Virus record (IMG/VR): IMGVR_UViG_3300046663_000412
Span: 1-64,000 of that record
Direction: 5' to 3' (one strand)
DNA: 64,000 bases
From: a virus
Lineage: Duplodnaviria; Caudoviricetes
Part shown: piece after piece, positions 18,299-28,502 of the stretch
How the letters are laid out: every line of letters starts with the position of its first letter
How positions within the stretch are numbered: the first letter of the stretch is position 1
The notes under the pieces: model-generated
Told to the model about the DNA's origin: nothing
What the model saw: the letters and a program-made list of their open reading frames with translations, nothing else
The model's database searches: none
Program-made: the position numbers and the translations under genes

Positions 18299-20456
18299 AA
18301 CGCTCGAAGGTCCAGACGCGAGTCTTATCAGGGGCAGTGTGAACGGAGCATTTTAGCAAACCTTCGGTCTGTATCTGCTCCAAAAATCTGTTGATTTGGT
18401 CTGACTTGTAGCCGCGCATCAGGTCCTGATTAAATGCGTTCTGATTAATCATTCGGATGATGGCGGAGGTAGTCCCGGAATACCTGGGAGCTTCGGGATT
18501 GTCCTGGAACCAGAGCCGGAGAGTCTCTATCAGCAGTTCGCGGAACATCGCCGACGGAGCAGTCTGCCTGCCGCGCTCGACCATAAGCTCGTCGTGGAAT
18601 GCAAGAAATCCGTAGCGTGAATCCCTCGTCGCTTCGATATAGTCAGGCCATTTGAAATCAACGAGCAGCCTACCCAGCACCGGAAGCTCCACGGCTAGCA
18701 TCTTCTGAATCTCCGTGCGAGACGGGAATTTAAAATTGGGCAGATTCTGGCAACGGAACAAAACCATTTTGTCCATCGAATTGTTATCCAGACTCGCGGT
18801 TAGAATTCGCATCGACTCGAAGTCCATGTTTAGAGTCATGCCTACGCGGCCATTCCAGTCCACCAATCCCTGTTTGCGAAACTTGTCATTGCTAATCAGG
18901 CCGGACTGCGCGGTCACTTTTTTGAGGAGCGCCGCTACCTTCGCGCGTGCGCCAGGAGTGTTTGCGGGAACCTCGTCGTCTAGCACCCAATGGGCCACAT
19001 CCATAAGGTAAGCATTAAAAGTCTCTCCTCCCACAAGATACCGGGTAGCGTCCGCAAATCCACCCAGCAAAGCGCCGATGAATTCTCGGTTAACCAGCGT
19101 TTTGCCGGAGCCAGTCGGCCCGCACATTCCCAGTCTATGCCCGGGCAAAGGAGTCCAATTTATTGCAGACAAATAGGCATACTGCGCCCAGGCGAGAAAC
19201 CACGGAAGTTGAATCTGCTCTTCTCTCCCGGAAACCGGGGGTGCGAACAGATTTTGTAGGATGAATGAACAGAACGGCGCGCCGCCATGGGGACCCCACT
19301 TCTGTGTGCCTACAGCGGGCTCAATTGGCTTCCGCTTGTAGTTGTTTAAACGTAGCTCCCCTTGGAAGGTAACCAAGCCCGGTTTCATGAACACAAAAGA
19401 GCCCGCGCTAGCGACTCGATTTTCCGATTGGACGTGATGCAGTGCTTGGTCAATCGGAGAGATTCCATCCGGCCCCGGCTTGCCAGATAGCTTGCACTCG
19501 ACCCGCAGATAGAGCTTGAAGCTGGCTTCGTTGACCGATTCGTAGCGGCCATGAATCTTGCGAAAATAGTCGTGCCCGTCATACCAGCAATCGCGTGTGG
19601 CCTGGGTATACGCATTGGCCAGATACTCCGTCACGAAATCGCCGCCTAACAAGTCGGCCCATGTGTAGTAGCCTTTGTCCGCATGAGCGGAATAACAAGT
19701 GATGCCGCCCGACTTGACGACTGCGGACATCGGCGAGGTGCTGCCCGGGACAAACCAGTGTGAAGGCCCCTGGGAGTTAACTTCGAATTCGTCCGGCCAC
19801 TCATACGCAGCATATTTTTCCTTCAGCGCCTTCTCGACAGTAGCAAGAGGAATCTGGTCGCTTTCTGTCGGCTTGAATTTGTATTCCTTGGCTGTCTGGA
19901 AGAAAAAGTATTGTGAGTCTTTTGCTTTGATTGGAGGATGCTTCAGGTCCTCCCATAGGTCGCCCCTACACAGCAGCCGGGTAGGATTTTCAAACGCAGG
20001 CTCGTCCAGGCATGGGAGCAGCTTGAGGTTCAACCATATTTTGGCGTGCTGGTGCAGGAAAATTGCGAACGAAAAATCATGGACTCGAATCGGCTCTTCT
20101 AAGAGATATATCAATCGAAAGTTTCCGCCCAGCGAGTGCTCCAGCCATGAGGGCTTATACTTCATCGACTCGATGGCTTGCATTATGGTTTCCCGGGGAC
20201 AGGCGATGTCGAAGTCCGGCGAGAATCCTCTGACGAGTTGCGGCGGATTGCTCTCCTTCGTTACCCTCAGCCGGGGATTCAGCGGCTCAATGAGGGTGTA
20301 AAAATAATGCTTCGTGTCCGGATTCTGATACCATGCCTGCCGGTCCTCTTTTACCTTTCGAATCTGCTCGGTAATTTTCTCCGTGGGTTTAAAGTCCCAC
20401 GGCTCTACTCCGCTTAGGAGCGTATTGGTGACGGCGTTCTCTGCGTATAGAAACAT
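18213..20456 (-). CDS. Primase-helicase (PrimPol-like plus SF3/D5-type P-loop)
   Basis: PDFD...HSLGGNFRLIY primase-like motifs; Walker A GPTGSGKT; LDDE. ATG 20456 abuts the polA stop. Confidence 0.75.
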   Translation of the reverse strand: MFLYAENAVTNTLLSGVEPWDFKPTEKITEQIRKVKEDRQAWYQNPDTKHYFYTLIEPLNPRLRVTKESNPPQLVRGFSPDFDIACPRETIMQAIESMKYKPSWLEHSLGGNFRLIYLLEEPIRVHDFSFAIFLHQHAKIWLNLKLLPCLDEPAFENPTRLLCRGDLWEDLKHPPIKAKDSQYFFFQTAKEYKFKPTESDQIPLATVEKALKEKYAAYEWPDEFEVNSQGPSHWFVPGSTSPMSAVVKSGGITCYSAHADKGYYTWADLLGGDFVTEYLANAYTQATRDCWYDGHDYFRKIHGRYESVNEASFKLYLRVECKLSGKPGPDGISPIDQALHHVQSENRVASAGSFVFMKPGLVTFQGELRLNNYKRKPIEPAVGTQKWGPHGGAPFCSFILQNLFAPPVSGREEQIQLPWFLAWAQYAYLSAINWTPLPGHRLGMCGPTGSGKTLVNREFIGALLGGFADATRYLVGGETFNAYLMDVAHWVLDDEVPANTPGARAKVAALLKKVTAQSGLISNDKFRKQGLVDWNGRVGMTLNMDFESMRILTASLDNNSMDKMVLFRCQNLPNFKFPSRTEIQKMLAVELPVLGRLLVDFKWPDYIEATRDSRYGFLAFHDELMVERGRQTAPSAMFRELLIETLRLWFQDNPEAPRYSGTTSAIIRMINQNAFNQDLMRGYKSDQINRFLEQIQTEGLLKCSVHTAPDKTRVWTFERFDTEAVPTLNPTTGVSFESPRPISPEAK

Positions 20457-20457
20457 A

Positions 20458-22458
20458 TTATTTCTCGTAGTGTTGCAGTTCTTTACCCTCCGCTGCAATC
20501 GGGCAACCTACCAGCCAGTCAGGAGTCTTCGACATCTCTTCTTCGACATCTTTTGCGGTGACGTTCAGGTCCACTTCCAGCACGGCTTCGTCGTGAACTG
20601 AAAATAGATTCCACCAGCCTCGCTTGTGCATCTCCACCAATTGGCGGGCGAACACTTCACGAGCCGTGGCCTGGACAATATTCTCAACCAGCTTGCCCCC
20701 ATAGAAAGTCTTTCGTTTCCCTCCCACGTCAGCGGTCGCTTTATTCTTTCGGATAGGTCTCCCGCTCACCGGGTCTTTTGTAATCTCCACGGCGAGTCGG
20801 ACATCTCGATAGAAAATCACGCGACCGCTAGGCAACGTTACTTTGAAGTCCTCGCCGACCGAGGACCGGAGTTTAGAATCCAGACGCGGGCTCAAGCCGT
20901 TATGTTCTACTGAGAACACCAGGGGATTTTGTTCGCGAAACGTTTTCACAATCTCGCGGCTCTTCTTTCCCCAGCCGGGAATCTTCCTGATACCACCCGG
21001 CGCGCCCAGGTCGTGAATCTCTTCAAACTCCGGGTCGTCTTTGGTGATATCGATTCCGCCTTCTTTCGCACAAATCGCGATAAACTTTTCCCAGCCAGCA
21101 CCATAGCCCAGGCCCAACACCTGGATTTTAATCATCTTATACCAGTCGGTCTTCTTGGTGTTTCTGTCAAACCGGGGTCCGGTGTATCCCATGGATGCGA
21201 CCGCGAAGGCTTCATACACCCCATAACCCTCTTGAATGAGCTTGAGCAATCTTGAATTGCCTGAAATGTATGCGAGGACACGCGGCTCGATTTGTGATAA
21301 ATCGCATGCAATCATTTTCTTTCCAGGCCGGGGGATAATCAGAGCCCGGAAATCGATAGCGTGCTTCACCCAGTCCGGGTAAACCCCGTGCTCGTCCTTG
21401 TGGTCGAGCGCCTGCTGGACCCGGATATCATCCGATTCCATGGTGCCTTCTATGGTCACCAGCATCGGCTTCTTCCGCATGTTCTGAAAATTAATCTTCG
21501 CATCTCCGGACCACCTGCCAGTGTGCGCGCCGAAATATTTCAGGGCGAACGGCATCGTGCCGTCGGAACGCAACCTGCGTTTCACCGTGAGAAAAGTGCA
21601 ATACAGTTTGTTTATAGAGCGCCAAGCAGAAACAGCCTTAATCCAGGGGTGCTGCTTGGCGTATTGAAGCTCCCACTCTTCGTAACCCTCTTCGTCCTCC
21701 GACTTCGTCGGCGGGCACGGGATTCCCATTCTCCGGCATTGCTCTGCGATGCACTTAGTGGAGGTAGGCTTGCAGTTGAAATCATCCCAATCTTCGGACT
21801 CGTCATCGCGAAGCCAGGGGATGATTTTTTCGGTGTTGTGTTTGACGTCATGCGTTTGAAGGATGTAGCTATCGAGCAGCGCGGTGTCGATTTGCACGCC
21901 GTGCATGCCCTGGTCGATTGTGATGTTGCTTAAAATTTGTTCGTGCTCCGGCCACTGCGAGCCGTAGTCTTCCCAGAGCTTCCAGGCCCAATATGCATCC
22001 ACCTTGCCGGAGTCCACGACCTGGGTCCGCTGAGCCTCGGTAAGGTCCGCGAATTTCGCGTTATCCATGATGTCGCGATAATCTTTTCCCACCTTCGTTT
22101 TGTAGAGGTGCAGAACCGCTTCAGCGAGCGCGCGCCGGTTGCAGAGATACGAAGTCAGGTTAGCGGTGCAGTGCCACGCGGCTGGCTTGACATGCGCGGG
22201 GATTAGATTGCGCCGCTGAAGCTCGTTGAAAACAGTGTTATCGAAATACCGGTTGTGGCTCACGACGACAGCGCCGTGAACCGACTCCCAGTTGAATTCC
22301 CCCGGGGCACCAGCCCAGACTATCGGCCCGTTGCAAGCGGACAAAAGGTAGCAGTCGAAAAGCTCGTGACGGCAGTAGTCTTCAGCAATGAGTTGCTTCA
22401 GGCCGTATTTGAGCTTCTTCGAGTAAAATGTCTCGAAGTCTAGGCTGATGTGGCTCAC
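20458..22458 (-). CDS. polA: Family A DNA polymerase with 3'-5' exonuclease domain
   Basis: DFETFY exo I; HTGRWSG; DLSQIEPR motif A; KIQVLGLGYG motif B; VHDE motif C. Confidence 0.95.
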   Translation of the reverse strand: MSHISLDFETFYSKKLKYGLKQLIAEDYCRHELFDCYLLSACNGPIVWAGAPGEFNWESVHGAVVVSHNRYFDNTVFNELQRRNLIPAHVKPAAWHCTANLTSYLCNRRALAEAVLHLYKTKVGKDYRDIMDNAKFADLTEAQRTQVVDSGKVDAYWAWKLWEDYGSQWPEHEQILSNITIDQGMHGVQIDTALLDSYILQTHDVKHNTEKIIPWLRDDESEDWDDFNCKPTSTKCIAEQCRRMGIPCPPTKSEDEEGYEEWELQYAKQHPWIKAVSAWRSINKLYCTFLTVKRRLRSDGTMPFALKYFGAHTGRWSGDAKINFQNMRKKPMLVTIEGTMESDDIRVQQALDHKDEHGVYPDWVKHAIDFRALIIPRPGKKMIACDLSQIEPRVLAYISGNSRLLKLIQEGYGVYEAFAVASMGYTGPRFDRNTKKTDWYKMIKIQVLGLGYGAGWEKFIAICAKEGGIDITKDDPEFEEIHDLGAPGGIRKIPGWGKKSREIVKTFREQNPLVFSVEHNGLSPRLDSKLRSSVGEDFKVTLPSGRVIFYRDVRLAVEITKDPVSGRPIRKNKATADVGGKRKTFYGGKLVENIVQATAREVFARQLVEMHKRGWWNLFSVHDEAVLEVDLNVTAKDVEEEMSKTPDWLVGCPIAAEGKELQHYEK

Positions 22459-22778
22459 TGCGCGTAGCCTTGAATTTCGGTTCGCAGGCTGTCAATGGTG
22501 CCTTCGAGTTGTGTAGCTTCGTATTCCTTCTTGCCCAATTCCGCTTCGGCCTTGCACAGAGGACACTCTTTTTCCTTGTGCCAGATTTTGGGATGCCCGG
22601 TTGCACACATCGATGCGCCGCTGATTAAATAGTCCATAAGACAAATAGAAGAGCCGTCCTGGTGCCAAGAGTCCACCAGGACGGCAGGGTTTGCTATCTG
22701 GTCCGGCCCAACGTTACACCCACTGAGGGCATCCGCTTGACCTTCCGCTGAATTATCTTGGCAATGACCAGATTCCAT
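22455..22778 (-). CDS. Hypothetical protein with Zn-ribbon and coiled coil
   Basis: CATGH...CPLC then a coiled coil. Start uncertain. Confidence 0.4.
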   Translation of the reverse strand: MESGHCQDNSAEGQADALSGCNVGPDQIANPAVLVDSWHQDGSSICLMDYLISGASMCATGHPKIWHKEKECPLCKAEAELGKKEYEATQLEGTIDSLRTEIQGYAQ

Positions 22779-23059
22779 TTCTCCATGACTCTATCAGAAA
22801 GAGCCCCCGTGGTGAAACCTAATTCGCCAGGATTCAGAAAATCTTCCTGGGAAACTCCGGCACCCTGGTCGATAGCCCGGACCAGGGATTCCACGTCGGC
22901 CCTTACTTCATCCAGGAAGTCTTGCCCCACGCGGGTGAATTTTCCTAGGCGGATTTCTTTTGAACAGCGGAGCGCATGTTCGCGCACGGCTGCTTCGTTT
23001 AGGATACGAAGGGTCCCAAGCTCCATTACTTCTTCACTCATTGGATTTTCGTTTTTCAA
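22694..23059 (-). CDS. Hypothetical protein
   Basis: 121-aa ORF in the operon. Confidence 0.5.
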   Translation of the reverse strand: MKNENPMSEEVMELGTLRILNEAAVREHALRCSKEIRLGKFTRVGQDFLDEVRADVESLVRAIDQGAGVSQEDFLNPGELGFTTGALSDRVMEKWNLVIAKIIQRKVKRMPSVGVTLGRTR

Positions 23060-23234
23060 ATTTTTGGTTAACGATTGAAAAGGCTTCTTTCGAAGTTGAC
23101 CCGTGCCCTGCGACTTCAGCCGCAGAGCACTTGGGATTTGCGCAGTAGACCGTCATTCCGAATTTCGGGTCACCAGGATGAATCTGGTTTCCCGGTTGCT
23201 CGGACAACGGCTGATTGCAGACGGGGCAATTCAT
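23034..23234 (-). CDS. Small Zn-finger protein (Lar-like)
   Basis: CPVC...CANPKC...EAFSIVN. Confidence 0.45.
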   Translation of the reverse strand: MNCPVCNQPLSEQPGNQIHPGDPKFGMTVYCANPKCSAAEVAGHGSTSKEAFSIVNQKFEKRKSNE

Positions 23235-23506
23235 GGTTTCTCTGCCGTAGGAGGCACAAAAAACTGATGCACGAACCTCTCTGGGTCAGTCCAAGCCGGA
23301 TGATTATCGCGGATATAAAAAGCTCCTGCGAACGCAAACACCAGTAGCCCCAGCCAGACGAGCATTCCGATACCCTTAACCCTGTCGCTGGCCTTTGAGC
23401 TTAGTAGCCCTAGGGGTCCGACTACCAGAGCCGCGACCATGAGCACGAGGAGCACGAACAGCGTGCCCCCGTATACGACGAGGGCGAGGCATTCGAGAAA
23501 ACTCAT
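23231..23506 (-). CDS. Small two-TM membrane protein
   Basis: Two hydrophobic segments; ATG overlaps the upstream stop. Confidence 0.5.
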   Translation of the reverse strand: MSFLECLALVVYGGTLFVLLVLMVAALVVGPLGLLSSKASDRVKGIGMLVWLGLLVFAFAGAFYIRDNHPAWTDPERFVHQFFVPPTAEKP

Positions 23507-24135
23507 TCGTCCCCCAGTTCCATCCCCTCGGGGATTTCGAATTTCATTGCCTTGCTGTTGCACGCGCACAATGGGGCACCGATTTCTTCGAGCCACTTGC
23601 GGGTGATTCGAACGTTGCAGCCACAGGAACCGCACTCTGCTTTAATAAGCCGGGTGGTCTGCTTCTTCACCGGGCGCATATTCGGATTAAGCTGGGCGTG
23701 CGGATACGCGCCAAGCTTCGCCACGATTGTCTTCGACTCCGCGAGAAACGCTTCGCCACCAAAAGTAGCGGTGAGCTTTCCTTCCAGGCCGATTGAACGC
23801 ACGCATTTCCCAAACACCTTGTTGTGTTTTTCTTTGATGCCCACGACCGCATGAGCAACCTCGTGCGCGAGTGTCGGAAGAACCCCGTAGGAATCCACCG
23901 GGTCCTTGAGTCGCGGCGAGATAAAAATCTGGTGAACCTTGTCCGTTGACGCTTTCGCATCCCAGCATTCGCCGATTGAATATTTTTTCGCCGATAGACC
24001 ACGACTGGAGGGCCAGCCGCAGCTAACGCGAACCTTGGGGACTTTGTATCCCTGCTTGGTGAACAGCGGTAGCATCGCCTGGACTGCTGCGGCTAGCCAC
24101 TGTTCTCGGTTTTCGTGTTTTTGTTTTTGTGCCAT
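23503..24135 (-). CDS. SprT-like zincin metalloprotease
   Basis: AHEVAH...H motif and C-terminal CxxC...C. Confidence 0.75.
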   Translation of the reverse strand: MAQKQKHENREQWLAAAVQAMLPLFTKQGYKVPKVRVSCGWPSSRGLSAKKYSIGECWDAKASTDKVHQIFISPRLKDPVDSYGVLPTLAHEVAHAVVGIKEKHNKVFGKCVRSIGLEGKLTATFGGEAFLAESKTIVAKLGAYPHAQLNPNMRPVKKQTTRLIKAECGSCGCNVRITRKWLEEIGAPLCACNSKAMKFEIPEGMELGDE

Positions 24136-24139
24136 AAAA

Positions 24140-24379
24140 TTATTCCTCGATTGGCCGGAGCGCCAAGTTGCCGGTCGCGCGAGGGTCTGAATAGACCGGC
24201 ACGACGTCCAGGGTAGCGACGAATTGCTTCGCACTGCTGAGCCGCTTGTAGACCTTAGCGTCTCCGAGTAACCGGCGAAAATCGCCGCAGCAATTCCGCG
24301 CGTCCGACCAGCGTTTGCCCATCCAGGGAAAATTCGTCTGGACCTGGGACTTGAGAACGTATCCAAAAGGTTTGGCCAT
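24140..24379 (-). CDS. Hypothetical protein
   Basis: MAKPFGYVLK..., tight spacing to neighbours. Confidence 0.45.
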   Translation of the reverse strand: MAKPFGYVLKSQVQTNFPWMGKRWSDARNCCGDFRRLLGDAKVYKRLSSAKQFVATLDVVPVYSDPRATGNLALRPIEE

Positions 24380-24383
24380 AAAA

Positions 24384-24800
24384 TTAGTCCATGTTGGGGA
24401 ATGCGGCGTAATAGGCGTCCTGCTCGTCGCGAGTGCGAAGGGCCTTGAAACTGTTCTCGTCAATCTGATTGGCGAGCGTGGGCAGTTCGCGGCGCGCCTG
24501 GGCAAGGGCTTCGTCCTTGGTGACCGCGTAGACCTGATTAAAGCCGCCACCGATGAAAGTGAACGACCAGAGAACTCTCTCAGCGACCCTGTTAGGCCGA
24601 CCCAGAGGAGAAAGGGGAGCGGAACCGTGAGTATAGCAGGAAGGAATCTGCACCTGATTTTTGCCGTTCACCAGGGCGATATCCACCGAGAGAACCACGC
24701 AAGCTTTGTCACCAGACTTGTCACCCTTGCATTGGGCGCGGGCTTTGCGGAGAAGACCCTTCAGGTCTTTGACGCTGACTACCATGTAATTTTCATTCAT
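24384..24800 (-). CDS. Hypothetical early protein (leaderless start)
   Basis: ATG 6 nt after a -10 box. Confidence 0.55.
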   Translation of the reverse strand: MNENYMVVSVKDLKGLLRKARAQCKGDKSGDKACVVLSVDIALVNGKNQVQIPSCYTHGSAPLSPLGRPNRVAERVLWSFTFIGGGFNQVYAVTKDEALAQARRELPTLANQIDENSFKALRTRDEQDAYYAAFPNMD

Positions 24801-24834
24801 GCCACCAAGATACACCCGGCCCGTTTAAACGCAA
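24801..24834 (-). promoter_or_regulatory. Class I sigma70-type leaderless promoter TTGCGT-N16-TATCTT-N6-ATG
   Basis: Near-identical copies at 28999-29032 and 38886-38919. Confidence 0.75.
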
Positions 24835-24867
24835 CCCCCTATTTGCAGTTTGTAGTTTATCTAATGG

Positions 24868-24897
24868 AAAAGGCACCGTGAATTAATCCACGGTGCC
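24868..24897 (-). terminator. Intrinsic terminator
   Basis: 9-bp stem GGCACCGTG/CACGGTGCC with TTTT on the minus strand, downstream of the 24919 gene. Confidence 0.65.
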
Positions 24898-24918
24898 CTG
24901 TGCAATCCGCGTGTCTGA

Positions 24919-25755
24919 TTATTCAGTGGCGGGCGCTTCGAGCGCATTCCTCACGAATTCCAGAAACTCCGGGGTAGTGGGTTTCGTGGCGATGCAGACC
25001 GGGACCCAGGCTTTGTTGCCCGTGCCGTAGGTCTCTTCCTTCGTGGTGACGGCATACTCGTAGGAGGGGTAACCACCCTTCCGCAGAATTCCCATCTTGC
25101 GAGCCGTGAAGAAAACCTTCTTCGCGGCAGCGGTGTAAACCGCGCCCTTCATCGCCCAGAGAGCCAGGGCGAATTTTCTGTCTCCAACCGGGTAGTTGAA
25201 GACCGTGTCGTCATCCGGATAGTCAGCCGGACGTTCGACCGCGATGAACGCGTCCACCAGGGGCTGGAACAGTTTGCATCCGGATTTCTCCTTCAGCTTC
25301 CATTCCTGGTAGTCCGTGGTGCCACCGTTCGAGGCAACCTCGGCGACGTTCTTCACGATAAGGCCGCGCGCGCCACCGGTAGTTTTCTCGACATACCGGG
25401 TAGGCCGGAAGCCGATAACCACCATGTTCACTGGAGCAGTCGCAGCGCGAACCACTGCGCCGTCCTTGAGGCGCGGGGGCACAAACAGAACTGCCTTCTG
25501 GTCGTAGACCAGCGAGCCCAGTTCGAAGGTGTCCTTAAGCTCGCCCATGTTCTGGACGATGTTCACCCGGGGGATGATGATGTCCTCGAAGGCCGGGATG
25601 AAGTCTCCCAGCAACAAGCCGCTGCTGCTCGGGGCAGCGACGGCGACCGGGCCAGCGACCGGAGCGGGAATAACCGCAGTGGTTGCAGGCGTAGCAGTAG
25701 TTCCAGCCACATCAGTGACCGGCTGCTCATTTTTACCAAACACTATTTCACTCAT
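24919..25755 (-). CDS. Putative ssDNA-binding / annealing protein
   Basis: Adjacent to the DUF2800 nuclease in a PolA module. Function inferred from context. Confidence 0.45.
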   Translation of the reverse strand: MSEIVFGKNEQPVTDVAGTTATPATTAVIPAPVAGPVAVAAPSSSGLLLGDFIPAFEDIIIPRVNIVQNMGELKDTFELGSLVYDQKAVLFVPPRLKDGAVVRAATAPVNMVVIGFRPTRYVEKTTGGARGLIVKNVAEVASNGGTTDYQEWKLKEKSGCKLFQPLVDAFIAVERPADYPDDDTVFNYPVGDRKFALALWAMKGAVYTAAAKKVFFTARKMGILRKGGYPSYEYAVTTKEETYGTGNKAWVPVCIATKPTTPEFLEFVRNALEAPATE

Positions 25756-27034
25756 TTTGTTTTTGTGTTACGTTGTTTTTACCTTTGTCGTTTTGAACCT
25801 TCAAGAAAGCGTATCCATCCCCGTGAACGACTGCACCGGAATCAACCAGAGCTTTCTTAAAATCTTCTACTGCGGACTTCTTCGTGCCGCGAGGACTTTT
25901 ATCCTTGATGATTTCCTCGATGGGACCGAAGGTAGCGTCCAGGCATTTTTCGTATTCGTCCCTGGTCACGTATTGCAACGCTATCTCGCGGAATTTCGAA
26001 AGGTCCACTATGCCCCGGCGTCCAGGCATGGTTTGGATAATCATGCCCTCAGGAACCGCTGCGTCGTTTCGCAGCACTCGGTCCGTGACCTGCCTACGGA
26101 ATGCCTCCGCCCAGATTTTCACCACGGACGCTAACGTGAGCGCCTTCTTGGTGTTCTGCGGGTCGAGTATCATTGTCGGCGTGATGTCGTCAGGAAATTC
26201 CAGCGGGTGAAACTTCTTGCCAACCTTCAACGCATTGGCTAATCCGATTGGGCAGCGTCCGAGATTCGCACAGAAATTACAGGCCGGGACATACGCCCTA
26301 GCTGTCGAAAAATCCTGCTTTCTTCGAGCGAGTCGCGCACGGGCAACGATAGCTTGAATTCGAAGATAGAGAACGGGGATTTCTTCCCGGTTGAATGTGT
26401 GCTCAGACAGCAGCCCGATAAGTGGCTGCTTGAACCAAAATCTAACGGCGCGGAGTGAAGGATACTTTTTGAAAAGACCCAGGACATAGGCGATACCTTG
26501 CGGATTCGTTTCCGCGCCTTCAACTGCCCAGTAGCCGAATTTCCAGTCAATGACTTCTGCATAGGTTATATTGTAGTTGAGTAAAACGTGGTCCACGTAT
26601 CCAGCCGTGGTTGAAATTGCATCATCGAAAACGATGTCATCAATCGGAAGGTAAGCTTCTTTTAGCTCCTGGATTTCCACTGGCGTGCCGGTTAACACTC
26701 CATTGTTGTCGGTCACTGCTGCGGTAGCTTCCTGCTGGAGAATTAATCGCCGCTCTTCCACGAAGTCCAAGCACTCTGCCACCGCTGCCGCGTCATCGTC
26801 ATCCAGCCGGGTGTCGTCCTCCTGAGTCTCAGTAGCCTTGTGGGCGATGGTGCCAATAATCGAACGAACCGCTTTCGAATCCCGGCCAATGTAATCCGGG
26901 CAAGCTTCCAGGTTCGCCAGGGACGAAGGCGAATAGGGGTGATGTGGTCTTTCGACCTCAGTCTCTGGAACTGCAACCGGTGCAGCGGGGCCGGTTGCAG
27001 TTGGAACAGTCATGATTGTTTTCGGGTCTGACAT
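25748..27034 (-). CDS. PD-(D/E)XK (Cas4-like, DUF2800-type) exonuclease
   Basis: HHPYSPSS...CP, GTIAH, GYVD, IDWKFG, Q..Y and C-terminal CNFC..C. Confidence 0.85.
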   Translation of the reverse strand: MSDPKTIMTVPTATGPAAPVAVPETEVERPHHPYSPSSLANLEACPDYIGRDSKAVRSIIGTIAHKATETQEDDTRLDDDDAAAVAECLDFVEERRLILQQEATAAVTDNNGVLTGTPVEIQELKEAYLPIDDIVFDDAISTTAGYVDHVLLNYNITYAEVIDWKFGYWAVEGAETNPQGIAYVLGLFKKYPSLRAVRFWFKQPLIGLLSEHTFNREEIPVLYLRIQAIVARARLARRKQDFSTARAYVPACNFCANLGRCPIGLANALKVGKKFHPLEFPDDITPTMILDPQNTKKALTLASVVKIWAEAFRRQVTDRVLRNDAAVPEGMIIQTMPGRRGIVDLSKFREIALQYVTRDEYEKCLDATFGPIEEIIKDKSPRGTKKSAVEDFKKALVDSGAVVHGDGYAFLKVQNDKGKNNVTQKQNE

Positions 27035-27113
27035 TTTCTTCTGACGGGAGAATAGCTAAACCGGAGAGAACGAGAAACCAGATAATGAAAAAAGTTATCA
27101 TTCGTTCAATCGT

Positions 27114-27290
27114 TCAATCGTTCAATCCTTGCGCCATGCCCAGGGCAGCCCGGAGCCTGACCTGGAGCTTAAACAGTGCGAGGCATTCTTCCCGGGCAAC
27201 CATGGTCCGGCTGATGCCCAGTCTTTTCGCAACTTCCGCACGGGTCATTCGTTGAGGAAGTGCCGCAGCGATTCGCTGGCCGATGTGCAT
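27114..27290 (-). CDS. Small HTH protein
   Basis: MTRAEVAKRLGISRTMV. Start uncertain. Confidence 0.4.
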   Translation of the reverse strand: MHIGQRIAAALPQRMTRAEVAKRLGISRTMVAREECLALFKLQVRLRAALGMAQGLND

Positions 27291-27594
27291 CTGCTCTTTG
27301 TAGCCTTCTCCCGTCCTACCCTTGGAGAATTTTTTAGCGGGTCCCACGGTAAGCCTCCTGCACTGCGGCCCACGCGCGGCCACACTTCGCTGTCCGGAGA
27401 TTCAGGTCCACGCCTGAGAATTCATCCGGGAGAAGATAGGGAAGGTTGCGGGGGAGGGGATTTTTGGTCTGCTGGTCCTTACGGATACGTTTTTTGAATT
27501 TGTTCATATTTTTAGTTACACTTCTTGAGTTGGTATTTCGAGGGAAGTGTCACCTCGAAAGGAATCGATGCCGCGAACCGACTCAGAAAACTGG

Positions 27595-27786
27595 CTATTG
27601 CCCCATTACGCGTTTGTGCATCGCGTCTCTGGCTGGCGCTCCGGTTGGTTTCCAGCCGTGCTCGACCGCGTTCAGCAGCCGTTTTTGTCGCGCGGCTTTT
27701 GCGGGAGTGGTTGATTTTGCTTTTACTCCGCCTGGGGTGGATACGCGGACTCTGCCTTTTCCTGCTGGTCGTATTTTTACTGGCAT
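27595..27786 (-). CDS. Small basic protein
   Basis: MPVKIRP...TTPAKAARQKRLLNAVEHG. ATG lies 7 nt after a class II GCGACT, favouring it over the overlapping 27512-27790 ORF. Confidence 0.55.
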   Translation of the reverse strand: MPVKIRPAGKGRVRVSTPGGVKAKSTTPAKAARQKRLLNAVEHGWKPTGAPARDAMHKRVMGQ

Positions 27787-27793
27787 GCATAAC

Positions 27794-27820
27794 AGTCGCT
27801 AATTAGACCATAAGTGTCAG
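27794..27820 (-). promoter_or_regulatory. Class II promoter CTGACA-N15-GCGACT
   Basis: Same geometry as the copies at 47920 and 62775. Confidence 0.6.
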
Positions 27821-27860
27821 CATCAGCGCAAACCACAAAAGGTTGCGCACAATCCCGTCA

Positions 27861-28502
27861 TCAATTGCCTGCTGTCGATAAGATTTCACGTCGTTGGGCT
27901 CCTTCGTCCGGGGTTCGGATTGGCCGCAGGCAGGGATTTACTAGCCCACGAAATTCCTGGGTCTGAATCCACCAAAAGGTTTGTGCTGGCTCTGCCGGAG
28001 TGGCGACACAATACTCCGCCAGTTCGCTCCAATCGATTCCCGGATGGAATCGAATCGCTTCCGCACCGATTTCGTCGGTCATCACGAACACCTGGGCAGC
28101 ATCGCTGAGAAAAGCAAGCCGTGACGGCACTCCGAGACGGGAACAAAAATATCCAGTGACCAACGCGCGCGAGACTGCGCCGTCTCTGCCGCCCACGTCG
28201 CGATAGCTCCAGACTGTTAGCATCGACCATATTCCGGGAAGCACTCGAACCGGAGCTTCCCCAGCGGATTTTCGAAGTGCTGCACGAAGCTCTGGGCCGG
28301 TGAGAAATGAAATCAGCCGTTCCCAAGCTGTCGCAGTAGTAGGGAACATTCGTTTGGCCGCACTGACCGTAAATGGAATCTCGTTTCCATCTTCGAACCA
28401 TAGGCGTTCGAGCGCGCCGTGATACGCGGCTGTAACCCGCATCAGCGTAGAGGTATGATACAGCTTGTAAAGCTGGCCGAAGGTGAGCTTGGATAAATTC
28501 AT
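27861..28502 (-). CDS. Hypothetical protein
   Basis: 213-aa ORF with ATGA coupling. Confidence 0.5.
   Translation of the reverse strand: MNLSKLTFGQLYKLYHTSTLMRVTAAYHGALERLWFEDGNEIPFTVSAAKRMFPTTATAWERLISFLTGPELRAALRKSAGEAPVRVLPGIWSMLTVWSYRDVGGRDGAVSRALVTGYFCSRLGVPSRLAFLSDAAQVFVMTDEIGAEAIRFHPGIDWSELAEYCVATPAEPAQTFWWIQTQEFRGLVNPCLRPIRTPDEGAQRREILSTAGN

Noticed and set aside
25748-27034. CRISPR Cas4
   Set aside because: This is a DUF2800-type replication-module nuclease; there is no array or cas1/cas2.
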